Below, in pieces: positions 50,009-60,026 of a stretch of DNA of 64,000 nucleotides. The stretch's first letter is position 1; each line of letters opens with the position of its first letter. Below the pieces are notes generated by a model. The model was given only the letters and a program-made list of their open reading frames with translations, made no database searches and had not been told where the DNA came from. The stretch covers positions 4,182 to 68,181 of the forward strand of contig JAYSBP010000009.1 in NCBI GenBank assembly GCA_041915365.1. Reading direction: 5' to 3'. The stretch is from Campylobacterales bacterium. GTDB lineage: Bacteria > Campylobacterota > Campylobacteria > Campylobacterales > UBA6016. Position numbers and translations under genes: made by a program.

Positions 50009-50863
50009 CTAAATTTTTTTGCGAATTTTACCAAAATCCAGCGTAAATTCGCTGCCAGCCCCAACATCGGAGCGTATAAAGAGCTCTACGCCGTTTTCAT
50101 CGCAAAACTCTTTGACTAAAAATAGCCCAATACCACGCCCCTCTTTGCTTGCGTCTTCTTGGTAATAGCGGTCGAATATCTTGATTAGCTCATCTTTTGA
50201 TATACCGCACCCTTCATCTTTTACTTTTAGCACTCCGTTTGACATGTTTACTGATACGGTTTGTCCCCTTTCACTAAACTTGAGAGCGTTTGAGAGCAAA
50301 TTGGCAAAAGCCAGTGAAAATCCTTTTTTGTCGATAATGATGCATTCGTCGCAAATATTGCTTACAAGCGAAACACCTTTTTTTGCAAATTGGTCTTCAA
50401 AAATTGATATTTCCAGATTTATCAATTCTTTTAGATTATTTTCGCTCTTTTGGTTGATTTTTGCCTCTTTTTTTGCAAAATACTCCATATTTTCATACAA
50501 ATCCAAGAGTTTATTACAGGATGCCTCTATCCTATCACATCTTTTTCGGTTTGCTTCATCTGCATTTTTTCTAAGCATTGCTACATTTGTTTTGATTGTC
50601 GCTACGGGGGTATTGATTTCGTGCATCGTGTCTTCTATGAGGAGCTTGAAGTTTTTTATCGGACTTACGATTAGCTCCATTAGTTCGCCGACTATATATA
50701 TTGCCGAGAGCGTTGAAAACACAAAGAGGGTGGACAATATGACGTATTCAAAATTGCCTATTCCGGCGGTTTTTGAGAGGATGAAGAGCGCAAAGCCAAA
50801 AAGAAAAGTGTTTATTCCGATGATGCCTATAGAAAAAAGGAGCAATTCTTTTTTAAATTTCAA
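50009..50863 (-). CDS. Sensor histidine kinase with two transmembrane helices and a minimal external loop
   Basis: It has the H-box HEINTPVATIK, the N-box LLSNALKFS, and G-boxes DEGCGI and GIGL. The two N-terminal transmembrane helices are separated by about 8 residues. Confidence 0.85.
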   Translation of the reverse strand: MKFKKELLLFSIGIIGINTFLFGFALFILSKTAGIGNFEYVILSTLFVFSTLSAIYIVGELMELIVSPIKNFKLLIEDTMHEINTPVATIKTNVAMLRKNADEANRKRCDRIEASCNKLLDLYENMEYFAKKEAKINQKSENNLKELINLEISIFEDQFAKKGVSLVSNICDECIIIDKKGFSLAFANLLSNALKFSERGQTVSVNMSNGVLKVKDEGCGISKDELIKIFDRYYQEDASKEGRGIGLFLVKEFCDENGVELFIRSDVGAGSEFTLDFGKIRKKI

Positions 50864-51515
50864 TGCGGTAACCGATACCTTTTATGTTTACTATTGCATC
50901 GTGCCCCAAAAGCTTTTTTAATGAATTGATATAGACCCTAATGCTCCCATAGCTAGGCTCTCTGGCAGCAGGCCAAAGTTCCATAGCTATTTCATTTGTC
51001 GAGACGGTTGAGTTTTTGTTTTTTACAAGCAAGGAGAGTAGCTCCAGTTCTTTTTGACTCAAATCTATCGGGCTACCGTTTTTGGTGACTTTTTTCGAGT
51101 CAAACTCAAATAAAAGTGAATTTGTTAGCTCTATCTTTTTGTTTTTTTGACCGAATGAGTCTCTTAGTTTTGATTTTATTCTGGCTACGAGTTCTGTAGC
51201 GTCGCACGGTTTTCTAATAAAATCGTCACACCCTTTTTCAAAACACTCTGCGGCAATTTGCGGCGATTTGTGACTGGTTAGCATTAGAGTCGGCTTGTTG
51301 TCTCCATAGTCTCTTAGCTGACTTAGGAGCTCTATACCGTTTTTTGCGCCGATATTAATATCTAGCAGATACAAGTCAAATATCTCTTTGTAGCCGATTT
51401 CTAGTGCTTCTTCAAAGCTTGCGGCCTCACGAACAAAAAACCCTTCAAGCTCCAAAAACTCTTTTGTACTCTCTCTAAAAAGGGTATCGTCTTCCACAAA
51501 CAAAATTCTATTCAA
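50853..51515 (-). CDS. OmpR-family response regulator
   Basis: It has a receiver domain (ILFVEDD, DLYLLDINI, phospho-acceptor-like Asp) and a winged-helix C-terminus (GIGYRI). I propose the TTG start at 51515, which has a GGAGAG Shine-Dalgarno sequence. The ORF track extends to 51551 inside pyrC. Confidence 0.85.
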   Translation of the reverse strand: MNRILFVEDDTLFRESTKEFLELEGFFVREAASFEEALEIGYKEIFDLYLLDINIGAKNGIELLSQLRDYGDNKPTLMLTSHKSPQIAAECFEKGCDDFIRKPCDATELVARIKSKLRDSFGQKNKKIELTNSLLFEFDSKKVTKNGSPIDLSQKELELLSLLVKNKNSTVSTNEIAMELWPAAREPSYGSIRVYINSLKKLLGHDAIVNIKGIGYRIEI

Positions 51516-52524
51516 TGCCGATAACTCTCCACTCACATTTTTCAGCCGCAAACATAGGTACTACTTCGGCTTGCTTGTTTTTGCACGTCTCAGGGATGGT
51601 GGCAGATGATTTTTCAAGCGTTACGTATTTTTCCGGTGGACTAATCTTGTAGATTGACACGGCGTTGTCTGAGATAAATTTTTGTAAGTTTTCGAGTTTG
51701 GCGTGGTGTTCAAATATCTCTACTAGCTTTGGCAAAAGAGCCGGAGCGCTAAATATACCGGCTGGAGCCGAGCCGCTCTCTTTTGCCGCCTTTGGGTGTG
51801 GGGCACTGTCAGAGCCAAACATCACTTTTGGGTGTGCGTTTAGCGCCGCTTCTAGCACGGCGTCTCTGTCGGCAGCAGTCTTTACTACGGGTTTGCAAAA
51901 CAAATGTGGATTTAGCTTCTCACCCATCAAATCATCTACCGTCAAAGTCATATGATGTAGCGTGATAGTTGCATAGATATTTTCATAATCTTCAATAAGC
52001 CTCAAACCATCTTTTGAGCTTATGTGCTCAAACATAATTTTTAGTTTCGGAAATTTTTTGGCTATATATTCTAGTATCGGGATAAAGTTTTGCTCTCTTT
52101 CAAAAAGGTTTGGACTGTGTGTCTCGGCGTGTAAAGAGAGCGGAATACCTAACGCTTCCATAGCTTTTAGCTGCGGCTCTAAGGAGTCTATGCTTTTTGC
52201 CCCTTCCTCTGAGTTTGTGGTAACTCCAGCAGGATATAGTTTCATGGCTATTATGTGAGCTGCCGCTTCCTCCATAAAGGCATCATCATAGTTTTTTAAA
52301 AATATGGTCATATACGGCAAAAAAATATTATTACCACAAGCTGCCAAAACCCTTTTTCTGTAGGCGTGTAGTGCATCTAAGCTCATAATAGGCGGGGTGA
52401 TGTTTGGCATTATAACTCCACCGGCAAATACCTCCGCAGAATACGGGGCTACGAGAGATAACATATCGGAGTCTCTTAGGTGCAGGTGCATATCCAGCGG
52501 CGATTTGATAGTAAAGGTCTGCAT
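51508..52524 (-). CDS. pyrC: Dihydroorotase
   Basis: It has the DMHLHLRD metal-binding motif and the amidohydrolase layout, with a 338-aa product. Confidence 0.85.
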   Translation of the reverse strand: MQTFTIKSPLDMHLHLRDSDMLSLVAPYSAEVFAGGVIMPNITPPIMSLDALHAYRKRVLAACGNNIFLPYMTIFLKNYDDAFMEEAAAHIIAMKLYPAGVTTNSEEGAKSIDSLEPQLKAMEALGIPLSLHAETHSPNLFEREQNFIPILEYIAKKFPKLKIMFEHISSKDGLRLIEDYENIYATITLHHMTLTVDDLMGEKLNPHLFCKPVVKTAADRDAVLEAALNAHPKVMFGSDSAPHPKAAKESGSAPAGIFSAPALLPKLVEIFEHHAKLENLQKFISDNAVSIYKISPPEKYVTLEKSSATIPETCKNKQAEVVPMFAAEKCEWRVIGIE

Positions 52525-53927
52525 TAGTTCTTCGATTCCTCTATTAGTCTATTGAGGGCGTCTCTGTATTCTACTAGTTTCGCTTCACTTGAGGCCTCAA
52601 ATCTTGTTACGAGCACGGGGGTTGTGTTGGATGCTCTTATGAGCCCCCATCCTTCGTCGAAGCTAACTCTTACGCCGTCTATGTCCACCATTCCGGTGAT
52701 TTTAGGTAGGTACGATGGTGGGTTTTGCAATGCCGCTTTTATTTTTGCGATAATCCCAAATTTTGTCTCCTCTGTTACTTTGACTTTTATCTCATCTGTG
52801 GAAAATAGCTTTGGCATACTATCCATCTCTTTGTTGAGGTCAACCCCTTTTTTGACAAGCTCCAACACTCTCAAGGCCACATAAACGGCGTCGTCAAATC
52901 CAAACCACTTGTCGTTAAAAAACATATGCCCGCTAACCTCGGCGGCAAAGTCTGCCCCTGTCTCTTTTAGTTTTACTTTTAGGTTGCTGTGCCCTGTTTT
53001 GTACATGATGCTAGTACCGATTTTGTCTATTTCGTCGTACATTACTTTTGAGCATTTTACTTCGCCGATAACCGTCGGTTTTTTCCCCTCTCTCGCCATC
53101 TCTCTAGCAAATATTAGCGCTAGTTGGTCGCCTTTTATGTTGTATTTATCCGTGAGCACGGCTATCCTGTCGGCATCACCGTCAAAGGCAAAACCGAGTT
53201 TGTATCCCTTTTCGCCCATTAGTTTTTTTAGGTCTTCAAGGTTATGCTCTTCTGATGGGTCTGGGTGGTGATTTGGGAATGTGCCGTCAGGGTCTTCATA
53301 TAGAGATTCAAACGAAATATCCAATTTTGAGAGTATATCTATTATGGATAGTCCAGCAACACCGTTTCCGCAGTCTATCGCTATATTTGTACCCATACCT
53401 TTTAGCCCGTCAAATTCTTTTACTAGATATTCGACGTATGCTTTTTTTGCGTAAATCGTGTAGATTTTTGCTTCGGTGTGCGGTAGCTTTGTGTCACCTG
53501 CGGCGATTATGGTTTTTCCGAGCGCCTCTATATCTTTTCCAAAAAACGGAGCTTTATCTATCGTGATTTTAAATCCATTGTATTCAGGTGGATTGTGCGA
53601 GCCTGTTATCATAACAGATGCCGACGTGGATACTTTTTTGTCTCCTGCTTCCCACTCAAAAAAGTTTGTAAAATAATTAATTCCAGTAGTTACCATTCCC
53701 ATATTTAGTACGTTTACGCCACTTGATAAAAATCCCAAAGAGAGCCATTCAAAAAGTGTTGGAGAGTGTGTGCGGGCATCAAACCCGATTGATACAAAAT
53801 GCTCCTTTTCTCCCAGCTGTGCTTTGATTGTCTCGCCAAGGTGGAAGCCTATAGCTTTGACTGTTTGCTCATTGAGCTCTTTTTCAAAAATCCCTCTAAT
53901 ATCGTACTCTCTAAAAATAGACTGCAT
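52524..53927 (-). CDS. Phosphomannomutase/phosphoglucomutase
   Basis: It has the active-site loop TGSHNPPEYNGFK, the metal loop FDGDADR and the sugar loop GEVSGH-like AEVSGHMFF. Confidence 0.9.
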   Translation of the reverse strand: MQSIFREYDIRGIFEKELNEQTVKAIGFHLGETIKAQLGEKEHFVSIGFDARTHSPTLFEWLSLGFLSSGVNVLNMGMVTTGINYFTNFFEWEAGDKKVSTSASVMITGSHNPPEYNGFKITIDKAPFFGKDIEALGKTIIAAGDTKLPHTEAKIYTIYAKKAYVEYLVKEFDGLKGMGTNIAIDCGNGVAGLSIIDILSKLDISFESLYEDPDGTFPNHHPDPSEEHNLEDLKKLMGEKGYKLGFAFDGDADRIAVLTDKYNIKGDQLALIFAREMAREGKKPTVIGEVKCSKVMYDEIDKIGTSIMYKTGHSNLKVKLKETGADFAAEVSGHMFFNDKWFGFDDAVYVALRVLELVKKGVDLNKEMDSMPKLFSTDEIKVKVTEETKFGIIAKIKAALQNPPSYLPKITGMVDIDGVRVSFDEGWGLIRASNTTPVLVTRFEASSEAKLVEYRDALNRLIEESKN

Positions 53928-53977
53928 CCGTATTCCTTTTTTGGGTTTTATATTAAATTTTTTCGGCTTCTTTTTTG

Positions 53978-55030
53978 TTACACGTTATAGAATTTTCTAT
54001 ACCACTCTATGAAGTTTTTTATCCCCTCTTTAACGCCTGTTTTTGGTGTGTATCCCGTGTCTCTTGTGAGGTCTGATATATCTGCATACGTCGCCGGCAC
54101 ATCGCCCGCTTGAAGTGGCAAAAAGTTTTTTTCAGCCGTTTTGCCTAGATTTTCCTCTATTGCGCCTATGAATTCCATTAAGCTAACTGGTGAATTATTA
54201 CCTATGTTGTACACTCTGTATGGCGCTTTTGAGCTTGATGGGTCTGGTGTTTTGCCGCTCCATAGCTCGTTTGGTTTTGCCGGATTGTCTATAACACCTA
54301 TAACGCCGCTTACTATGTCATCTATATACGTAAAGTCACGTCTCATGTCGCCATTGTTGAAGACGTCTATCGGCTTGCCTTCTAGTATCGCTTTTGTGAA
54401 CAAAAATAGAGCCATATCAGGGCGTCCCCAAGGGCCGTAAACGGTAAAAAATCTTAGCCCCGTCGTGCGTATGCCAAACAAATGGCTGTATGTGTGCGCC
54501 ATTAGTTCGTTTGATTTTTTGCTGGCGGCGTAGAGGCTAATTGGATGGTCTACATTATTGTGTACGGAAAAAGGCATATCTTCATTGAGGCCGTATACTG
54601 AAGAGCTCGATGCGTATGAGAGGTTTTGTACTCCGTATTGTCTACACGCTTCAAGGATATTAATAAATCCAGTTATGTTGCTATCAACGTACGCAAAAGG
54701 GTTTGTGAGGCTATATCTTACACCCGCTTGAGCGGCTAAGTTGCACACTGCATCAGGTTTTTCTGCTTCAAATATTTTGAATACCGCCTCTCTATCCTCC
54801 AAATTTACCTTATAAAAAGAGTGCTTGTTATTTGTATTGCTGGCTGCTCTCATCCCATACGTTATTTGAGGGTTGTCTATCCCCAACTCTTTGAGCCTTG
54901 CGTATTTGAGGTTGATGTCATAGTAGTCGTTGATGGAGTCTATGCCGACTACTTCGTCGCCCCTCTCCAGTAATTTTCTAGCCAAATTAAAACCGATAAA
55001 TCCGGCCGTTCCAGTAATTAAAACTTTCAA
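53978..55030 (-). CDS. NAD-dependent nucleotide-sugar epimerase (UDP-glucuronate 4-epimerase-like SDR)
   Basis: It has a [10 protein letters not shown] Rossmann motif and the catalytic YAASK. Confidence 0.85.
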   Translation of the reverse strand: MKVLITGTAGFIGFNLARKLLERGDEVVGIDSINDYYDINLKYARLKELGIDNPQITYGMRAASNTNNKHSFYKVNLEDREAVFKIFEAEKPDAVCNLAAQAGVRYSLTNPFAYVDSNITGFINILEACRQYGVQNLSYASSSSVYGLNEDMPFSVHNNVDHPISLYAASKKSNELMAHTYSHLFGIRTTGLRFFTVYGPWGRPDMALFLFTKAILEGKPIDVFNNGDMRRDFTYIDDIVSGVIGVIDNPAKPNELWSGKTPDPSSSKAPYRVYNIGNNSPVSLMEFIGAIEENLGKTAEKNFLPLQAGDVPATYADISDLTRDTGYTPKTGVKEGIKNFIEWYRKFYNV

Positions 55031-55151
55031 AACAATATCCGCCTATGCTGCTTTTTGTCCGATTATAACATCTGTTTTGATAAATATCCATTTGGATTTA
55101 AACCGTTTTGGGCTACAATCAAAACAAAAGCTAACCAAAAAGGAACCCCAC

Positions 55152-55538
55152 TTGGTTTTTGAAGCAAAATACCCTATATTGGGTTTTGAAAATGTTCACT
55201 CATATGATTTTGAGGTGGTAGACGACAATTTCGCCACAATCAAAAATGCGGAAGGCGGTATGCCGGCTTTTACTTTGGTAAACCCATTTGTACTAAGGGA
55301 TTATGCTTTTGATGTGCCCGTTGCTGTTAGGGCGTTGATGGATTTGACTCACGAGACGAATATGCTTATTTATCTTGTTCTAATAGTCAAAAAACCGTTT
55401 AAAGAGTCTCTTGCCAATTTTCTAGCCCCTGTAATACTAAATGTTGACAACAAAACTATGGCTCAAGTGGTTTTGGACGAGAGTATTTATACAGATTATT
55501 TGGCGGCAGAGCCTCTGTCGAAATTTATCACAGAATAA
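55152..55538 (+). CDS. fliW: Flagellar assembly factor FliW
   Basis: (M)VFEAKYPILGFENV...FTLVNPF matches the FliW N-terminus. I chose the TTG at 55152, which has an AAGGAA Shine-Dalgarno sequence, because the longer ORF would overlap the divergent epimerase gene. Confidence 0.8.
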   Translation: MVFEAKYPILGFENVHSYDFEVVDDNFATIKNAEGGMPAFTLVNPFVLRDYAFDVPVAVRALMDLTHETNMLIYLVLIVKKPFKESLANFLAPVILNVDNKTMAQVVLDESIYTDYLAAEPLSKFITE

Positions 55539-55542
55539 AGCC

Positions 55543-58083
55543 GTGAATGAGGTAAGCCTCAGAGAAAAAATAGAGTCCCTAGTCGGTTCCGGTGCTAGCG
55601 ACTTTGAAATCTCCAAAGAGTTCAAAAATCACATCAAAGCCTATCTCGGCTCGCTAGATGCGGTATTTGAATCCGACTTCGGGCGTGAATTTTTGTATCG
55701 CCACACAAAAGAGCTCGACTCTATCCTAGTTGAAATGCTCCGCTACATTCTAAGAGATAGTTTTGGTGACTATCAACCTATGATAAATTCCATCCCTGTT
55801 TCGATGATAGCCCTCGGCAGTTATGGTAGACAACAACTTGCCGTTTATTCCGACATTGACATTATGCTTTTGTACAAAGAGGTGAAGGGGTATGCGCTTC
55901 AGCCTATTTTGGAGAGGTTTTTATATCTTGCTTGGGATGCCGGCTTGAAGATTGGGCATAGAGTGCATGAGGTATCGGAAATTACCGAGGCGGTAAAGGC
56001 TGATATTACAATCAAAACCGCAATTTTGGAGTCTAGGTTTATCTGGGGTTCTAAGTTTTTGTGGATGGAATACCAAAATAAGCTCTCGCAAGTGCGTCGC
56101 ACGGATAGAAGGGAGTTTGTGTTTGCAAAGCTTGAAGAGATGCAAAAAAGACACAAAAAATATAAACTCTCGATGGAGCCAAACATCAAAGAGGGGATAG
56201 GAAGCCTCAGAGATTCAAATACTCTTTTTTGGCTTGCCACTTGTATCTATGGGGTAAACTCAAACAAAGAGTTAATGGGCAAGCTATTTAGCGAGGCTGA
56301 ATATAGGGAATATAGAATAGCGCTTGAGTTTTTATTTAAGCTAAGAAACGCCCTTCATTTGCTTGCAGGCAAAAAGCAAGACGAAATGCTTATGCAAATC
56401 CAAAGAGAAGCGGCCTTGAAACTTGGCTTTAAGGATATGAAAAGACAAAAAGCCGAAAGTGCCTTGATTTCCAAGACTCTTCGCTCTATGCAGGCTATTA
56501 ATATCTTCTCATCGATAAACTCAACCAAGCTGACTAGAAAAATACTATTTGGCGAAAAGGGCTTTGGCGAGATTAGACATTGTCGTATTGCGCAGGGATT
56601 TTATGTGATAGAAGAAACACTTTATACGACCTTTGGCAACAAAGCCACCTCTTTACCGAAAGCAGTCCGTGCCATACTCGATACAAAGGCAGAAAACTTT
56701 GATTATAGTATTCATCAATACATTATGGTCTCAGCCGCCCAAAAAAAACAGGCAAAAATAACTAAAGAGCTAATAACCTCGATATTGCATTCTAATTTTT
56801 CGCACAAAATAATGTCACTTTTGTATGAGACTGGTGTATTGGAGAGGTTTTTCCCTCCGTTTGAAAACACTATGTTTTTGGCTCAGTTTGACGGTTATCA
56901 TGCTTATCCTGTCGACATACACACGTTAGAGACCGTAAAACACCTAGAAAATATAAAAGACAGTTTTGTAAAAAGCGTGTTTGATTCGTTTGACGCTGAA
57001 GACAAAATATATCTCAAGCTTGCCGCATTGTTTCACGACATAGGAAAAGGCAGGGGTGGCAACCACTCGTTAATTGGCGCTAGGATTTTTGCCTCTTTTG
57101 CAAAAAAAATCGGACTTGACGAGCAAAAATCGGAGCTAGTAAGGCGTGTTATCGTGTATCATACCTTGATGTCACACACGGCCTTTAGAGAGGACCTTAA
57201 TAGCGAAAAAACAATACTCTCTTTTGCGGCTAATTTAAAAACCAAAAAAGCGATTGATTATTTGTTTGTCCTTACATATGCGGACTTGCAAGCTGTTGGG
57301 CAAAATATATATAGTTCGTTTAATGCCATATTACTTCGTGAGCTGTATTATAAGTCCACTGGCAAGCTCTCACGCTCGGAGCTTGTGAGCGAAGCGGCTA
57401 CGAGACTTACAAAGGAGGCAGCACTTTTAAAAAGCGAAGAGTTTAAGGCCTTGCCTCATATTTTGCAAAAAAACATTATATCGGTAGCCTCAAATCTATT
57501 TTTTATCAAATTTTCAAGCGCAAAGATAATAGATATTTGCAAAAGAGCAAAAGAGTGTGCCGAGTTTAGTTTTTATATGAGCAACGAGCCGTATTTTAGT
57601 TTTGAGATAATTTCAAAAAAATGGATAAATTTCGGTCGGCTTCTCTCTAGATTTGCTTTTTTGGATATCGTTTCGATGGATATTTTCAAGCTCTTTGACG
57701 GTGCAAAATATTTCAAAATCTCTTTTTCTTCAAGCATATCTGGCGAAGAGCTGATGGTAGCGGAAGAGATACTTAACAGTTTTGCTTTTGGAGATGACAA
57801 TGTAACGCAAAGCAAGAAGCCCGTTATCAAAAAATCAGACATTCATTTTGATTTTGAACACTCTGAGACTTATGCAAAGATGCTTTTGACGGCAAAAAAT
57901 CAGCAAGGGCTACTAGCTTTTGTTATAGAGATTTTTGATGAGCTTGAAGTGGATATAGCTACTGCAAAAGTCGGAACTATAAAAAACAGCGTAAAAGATA
58001 TGTTTTTGATTGAAAAATCCAGCGATATAGAGAAAAAACAAAAAGAGGTTGTAAAAAGATTGGTAGGCGGTGGTGGGGCATAA
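55543..58083 (+). CDS. glnD: [Protein-PII] uridylyltransferase/uridylyl-removing enzyme GlnD
   Basis: It has the nucleotidyltransferase motif GSYGRQQLAVYSDIDIMLL, an HD domain (HAYPVDIHT...LFHDIGKG) and two ACT-like C-terminal segments. The start is uncertain: the GTG at 55543 is the first in-frame start after the fliW stop. Confidence 0.85.
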   Translation: MNEVSLREKIESLVGSGASDFEISKEFKNHIKAYLGSLDAVFESDFGREFLYRHTKELDSILVEMLRYILRDSFGDYQPMINSIPVSMIALGSYGRQQLAVYSDIDIMLLYKEVKGYALQPILERFLYLAWDAGLKIGHRVHEVSEITEAVKADITIKTAILESRFIWGSKFLWMEYQNKLSQVRRTDRREFVFAKLEEMQKRHKKYKLSMEPNIKEGIGSLRDSNTLFWLATCIYGVNSNKELMGKLFSEAEYREYRIALEFLFKLRNALHLLAGKKQDEMLMQIQREAALKLGFKDMKRQKAESALISKTLRSMQAINIFSSINSTKLTRKILFGEKGFGEIRHCRIAQGFYVIEETLYTTFGNKATSLPKAVRAILDTKAENFDYSIHQYIMVSAAQKKQAKITKELITSILHSNFSHKIMSLLYETGVLERFFPPFENTMFLAQFDGYHAYPVDIHTLETVKHLENIKDSFVKSVFDSFDAEDKIYLKLAALFHDIGKGRGGNHSLIGARIFASFAKKIGLDEQKSELVRRVIVYHTLMSHTAFREDLNSEKTILSFAANLKTKKAIDYLFVLTYADLQAVGQNIYSSFNAILLRELYYKSTGKLSRSELVSEAATRLTKEAALLKSEEFKALPHILQKNIISVASNLFFIKFSSAKIIDICKRAKECAEFSFYMSNEPYFSFEIISKKWINFGRLLSRFAFLDIVSMDIFKLFDGAKYFKISFSSSISGEELMVAEEILNSFAFGDDNVTQSKKPVIKKSDIHFDFEHSETYAKMLLTAKNQQGLLAFVIEIFDELEVDIATAKVGTIKNSVKDMFLIEKSSDIEKKQKEVVKRLVGGGGA

Positions 58084-58096
58084 GCCCCGACCGTAT

Positions 58097-58438
<342 letters not shown>

Positions 58439-58452
58439 TCACTCCTTGTTTT

Positions 58453-58473
58453 ATGCCCGTGCGTTACGGGCAT
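58453..58473 (-). other. Intercistronic stem-loop between amtB and the P-II gene
   Basis: ATGCCCGT-gcgtt-ACGGGCAT forms an 8-bp perfect stem. On the transcribed strand it is followed by AAAACAAGGAG (the Shine-Dalgarno region), not by a U-run. Confidence 0.5.
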
Positions 58474-58482
58474 TTTACTAAA

Positions 58483-59805
58483 TTATATATGAAAACCTTT
58501 TTCACCGTGAGTAGCTTCGTCAAGACCTATGCTCTCATCTTCAGCAGATACTCTACCGCCACCAGTTAGAAGTGAGGATACGCCATAAACGATAGCTGTT
58601 CCGATAGCAGTAAATACTATTGTTACAAGAACCGCTTTGACTTGTATCATTACTTGTCCAGGGTTGCCATACAAAAGACCTTTGCCCGCTGAGTTTACAG
58701 CTGGATTTGCGAATATACCAGTTGCTATTGCACCCCAGATACCAGCAAGAGCGTGGATGCCAAATGCATCTAGCGCATCGTCAAATTTGAACGCTTTTTT
58801 AATTACGTTTACGCCCACAAAGCCTACGATGCCGGCAACAGCACCTATTATAAGAGCCGCAGAGTTATCAACAAAACCAGCAGCAGGGGTAATAGCTACA
58901 AGACCAGCCACAAGACCTGATGCAAGACCAAGAAGCGTGAATTTTTTGTAAACCACATACTCTACTATCATCCAAGAAAGAGCGGCTATTGCAGCGGCAG
59001 TGTTTGTAACAAGGAATGCATTTGCAGCTATAGCATCAGCGCCAAGTTCACTTCCGGCATTAAATCCAAACCATCCAAACCATAGAAGGATAGCGCCCAA
59101 AACAGTTAGTGTAACTGAAGAAGGGAATATTGCTTTGCCGTAATCTTTTCTTTTGCCAAGCATAAGAGCAAGAACTAGACCTGCAACACCCGCATTGATG
59201 TGAACGACAGTACCGCCCGCAAAGTCAAGTGCTCCGTCTTTGGCAAGTATACCGCCGCCCCATACCATGTGAGCTATAGGGGCATACACTACGGTTACCC
59301 AAATAACAACAAAAATCATCCAAGTGGATAGTTTTAGTCTCTCAATAGCTGCACCGCTGGCAAGTGCTACGGTAATAGCAGCAAACGTCATTTGAAACGC
59401 AACAAAAAGTAGCGTCGGGATATTACCCGTTGCCCAAATATCGGTTACTTTTATATCGCTAAGAAATAGCGTCAAAGAACCTATTACGCCGCCGACATCA
59501 GCGCCGAAAGCAAGACTGTATGCCCAAAGTACCCATACGATACTCGCTATCGCATAAGCCGTAAAGCTCATCGCTATTGTATTTAGAAGATTTTTTCCTC
59601 TAGTCATACCGCCATAAAATAGCGCCAAACCAGCTGGTGTCATTAGCATGACAAGTGCGGTGGCCATAAGTACCCACGCCGTGTTTGCACCGTCTAGTTT
59701 TGGAGCGGCTGCAGCTACAGCGGCTACTGGAGCCGTTGCATTTTCATCCGCCAAAAGTAGAGCCGGTGCAAGAAGAAACGGTGTTAATAAACTAAGCTTT
59801 TTCAT
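58483..59805 (-). CDS. amtB: Ammonium transporter AmtB
   Basis: It has a signal-like N-terminus, 11 transmembrane-like segments, and the Amt signatures DFAGGTVVHINAG and FGIHALAGIWG. Confidence 0.93.
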   Translation of the reverse strand: MKKLSLLTPFLLAPALLLADENATAPVAAVAAAAPKLDGANTAWVLMATALVMLMTPAGLALFYGGMTRGKNLLNTIAMSFTAYAIASIVWVLWAYSLAFGADVGGVIGSLTLFLSDIKVTDIWATGNIPTLLFVAFQMTFAAITVALASGAAIERLKLSTWMIFVVIWVTVVYAPIAHMVWGGGILAKDGALDFAGGTVVHINAGVAGLVLALMLGKRKDYGKAIFPSSVTLTVLGAILLWFGWFGFNAGSELGADAIAANAFLVTNTAAAIAALSWMIVEYVVYKKFTLLGLASGLVAGLVAITPAAGFVDNSAALIIGAVAGIVGFVGVNVIKKAFKFDDALDAFGIHALAGIWGAIATGIFANPAVNSAGKGLLYGNPGQVMIQVKAVLVTIVFTAIGTAIVYGVSSLLTGGGRVSAEDESIGLDEATHGEKGFHI

Positions 59806-59834
59806 CTCTTGCTCCTTTTTTTAAATGCACGAAA

Positions 59835-59840
59835 ATTATA
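59835..59840 (-). promoter_or_regulatory. Candidate -10 box (TATAAT) for amtB-glnB
   Basis: On the minus strand tgtaTATAAT lies 30 nt upstream of the amtB ATG. There is no GG-N10-GC sigma54 element in this intergenic region. Confidence 0.4.
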
Positions 59841-59870
59841 TACAATAAAATAGGTTTTTCTAATACTATG

Positions 59871-59889
59871 TTGCTTAATTTTTAAGCAA
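59871..59889. promoter_or_regulatory. Perfect 8-3-8 palindrome TTGCTTAA-TTT-TTAAGCAA upstream of amtB
   Basis: I read it directly from the sequence. Its centre is about 45 nt upstream of the candidate -10. Additional TTGCTT/AAGCAA-like half-sites lie within 59884-59935. Confidence 0.55.
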
Positions 59890-59950
59890 AACATACAATT
59901 TTGTTTGCTTTTTTATGCGTTTATTATGCTTTTGCTAGTGAGAATATTAC

Positions 59951-59985
59951 AAAAAAGGCGGAAGCCCATTCCTGAGCCCCCGCCT
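59951..59985 (-). terminator. Intrinsic terminator after the porin gene
   Basis: On the minus strand AGGCGG...CCGCCT forms a stem, extended by G-C and G-U pairs, and is followed by TTTTTT. It lies 42 nt downstream of the porin stop codon. Confidence 0.6.
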
Positions 59986-60026
59986 AAGGAGTGTGTGAAG
60001 TGTTTGCGTGTGCCTCTAAAATTTAA

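Noticed and set aside
50181-50921. A 246-aa plus-strand ORF antisense to the histidine kinase gene.
   Set aside because: The minus-strand kinase has H, N and G boxes. The plus-strand ORF is a shadow frame with a Ser/Phe-rich composition.
55059-55066. CCGATTAT, which resembles a sigma28 -10 element, upstream of fliW.
   Set aside because: There is no TAAA-like -35 at the expected spacing. A single 8-mer in an AT-rich intergenic region is not sufficient support.
54930-55151. A long N-terminal extension of the fliW ORF.
   Set aside because: It overlaps the 5' end of the epimerase gene on the opposite strand. The FliW homology begins at (M)VFEAKYPILGFE, where there is a TTG and an AAGGAA Shine-Dalgarno sequence.
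55441-55542. An N-terminal extension of the glnD ORF inside fliW.
   Set aside because: It would require a 98-nt out-of-frame overlap with fliW. The translated extension (MLTTKLWLKWFWTRVF...) looks non-protein-like. The start remains uncertain.
58075-58088. A small hairpin, GGGGC-ataa-GCCCC, between the convergent glnD and P-II genes.
   Set aside because: The stem is only 5 bp and overlaps the glnD stop codon. No T-run follows on either strand, so it is too weak to call a terminator.
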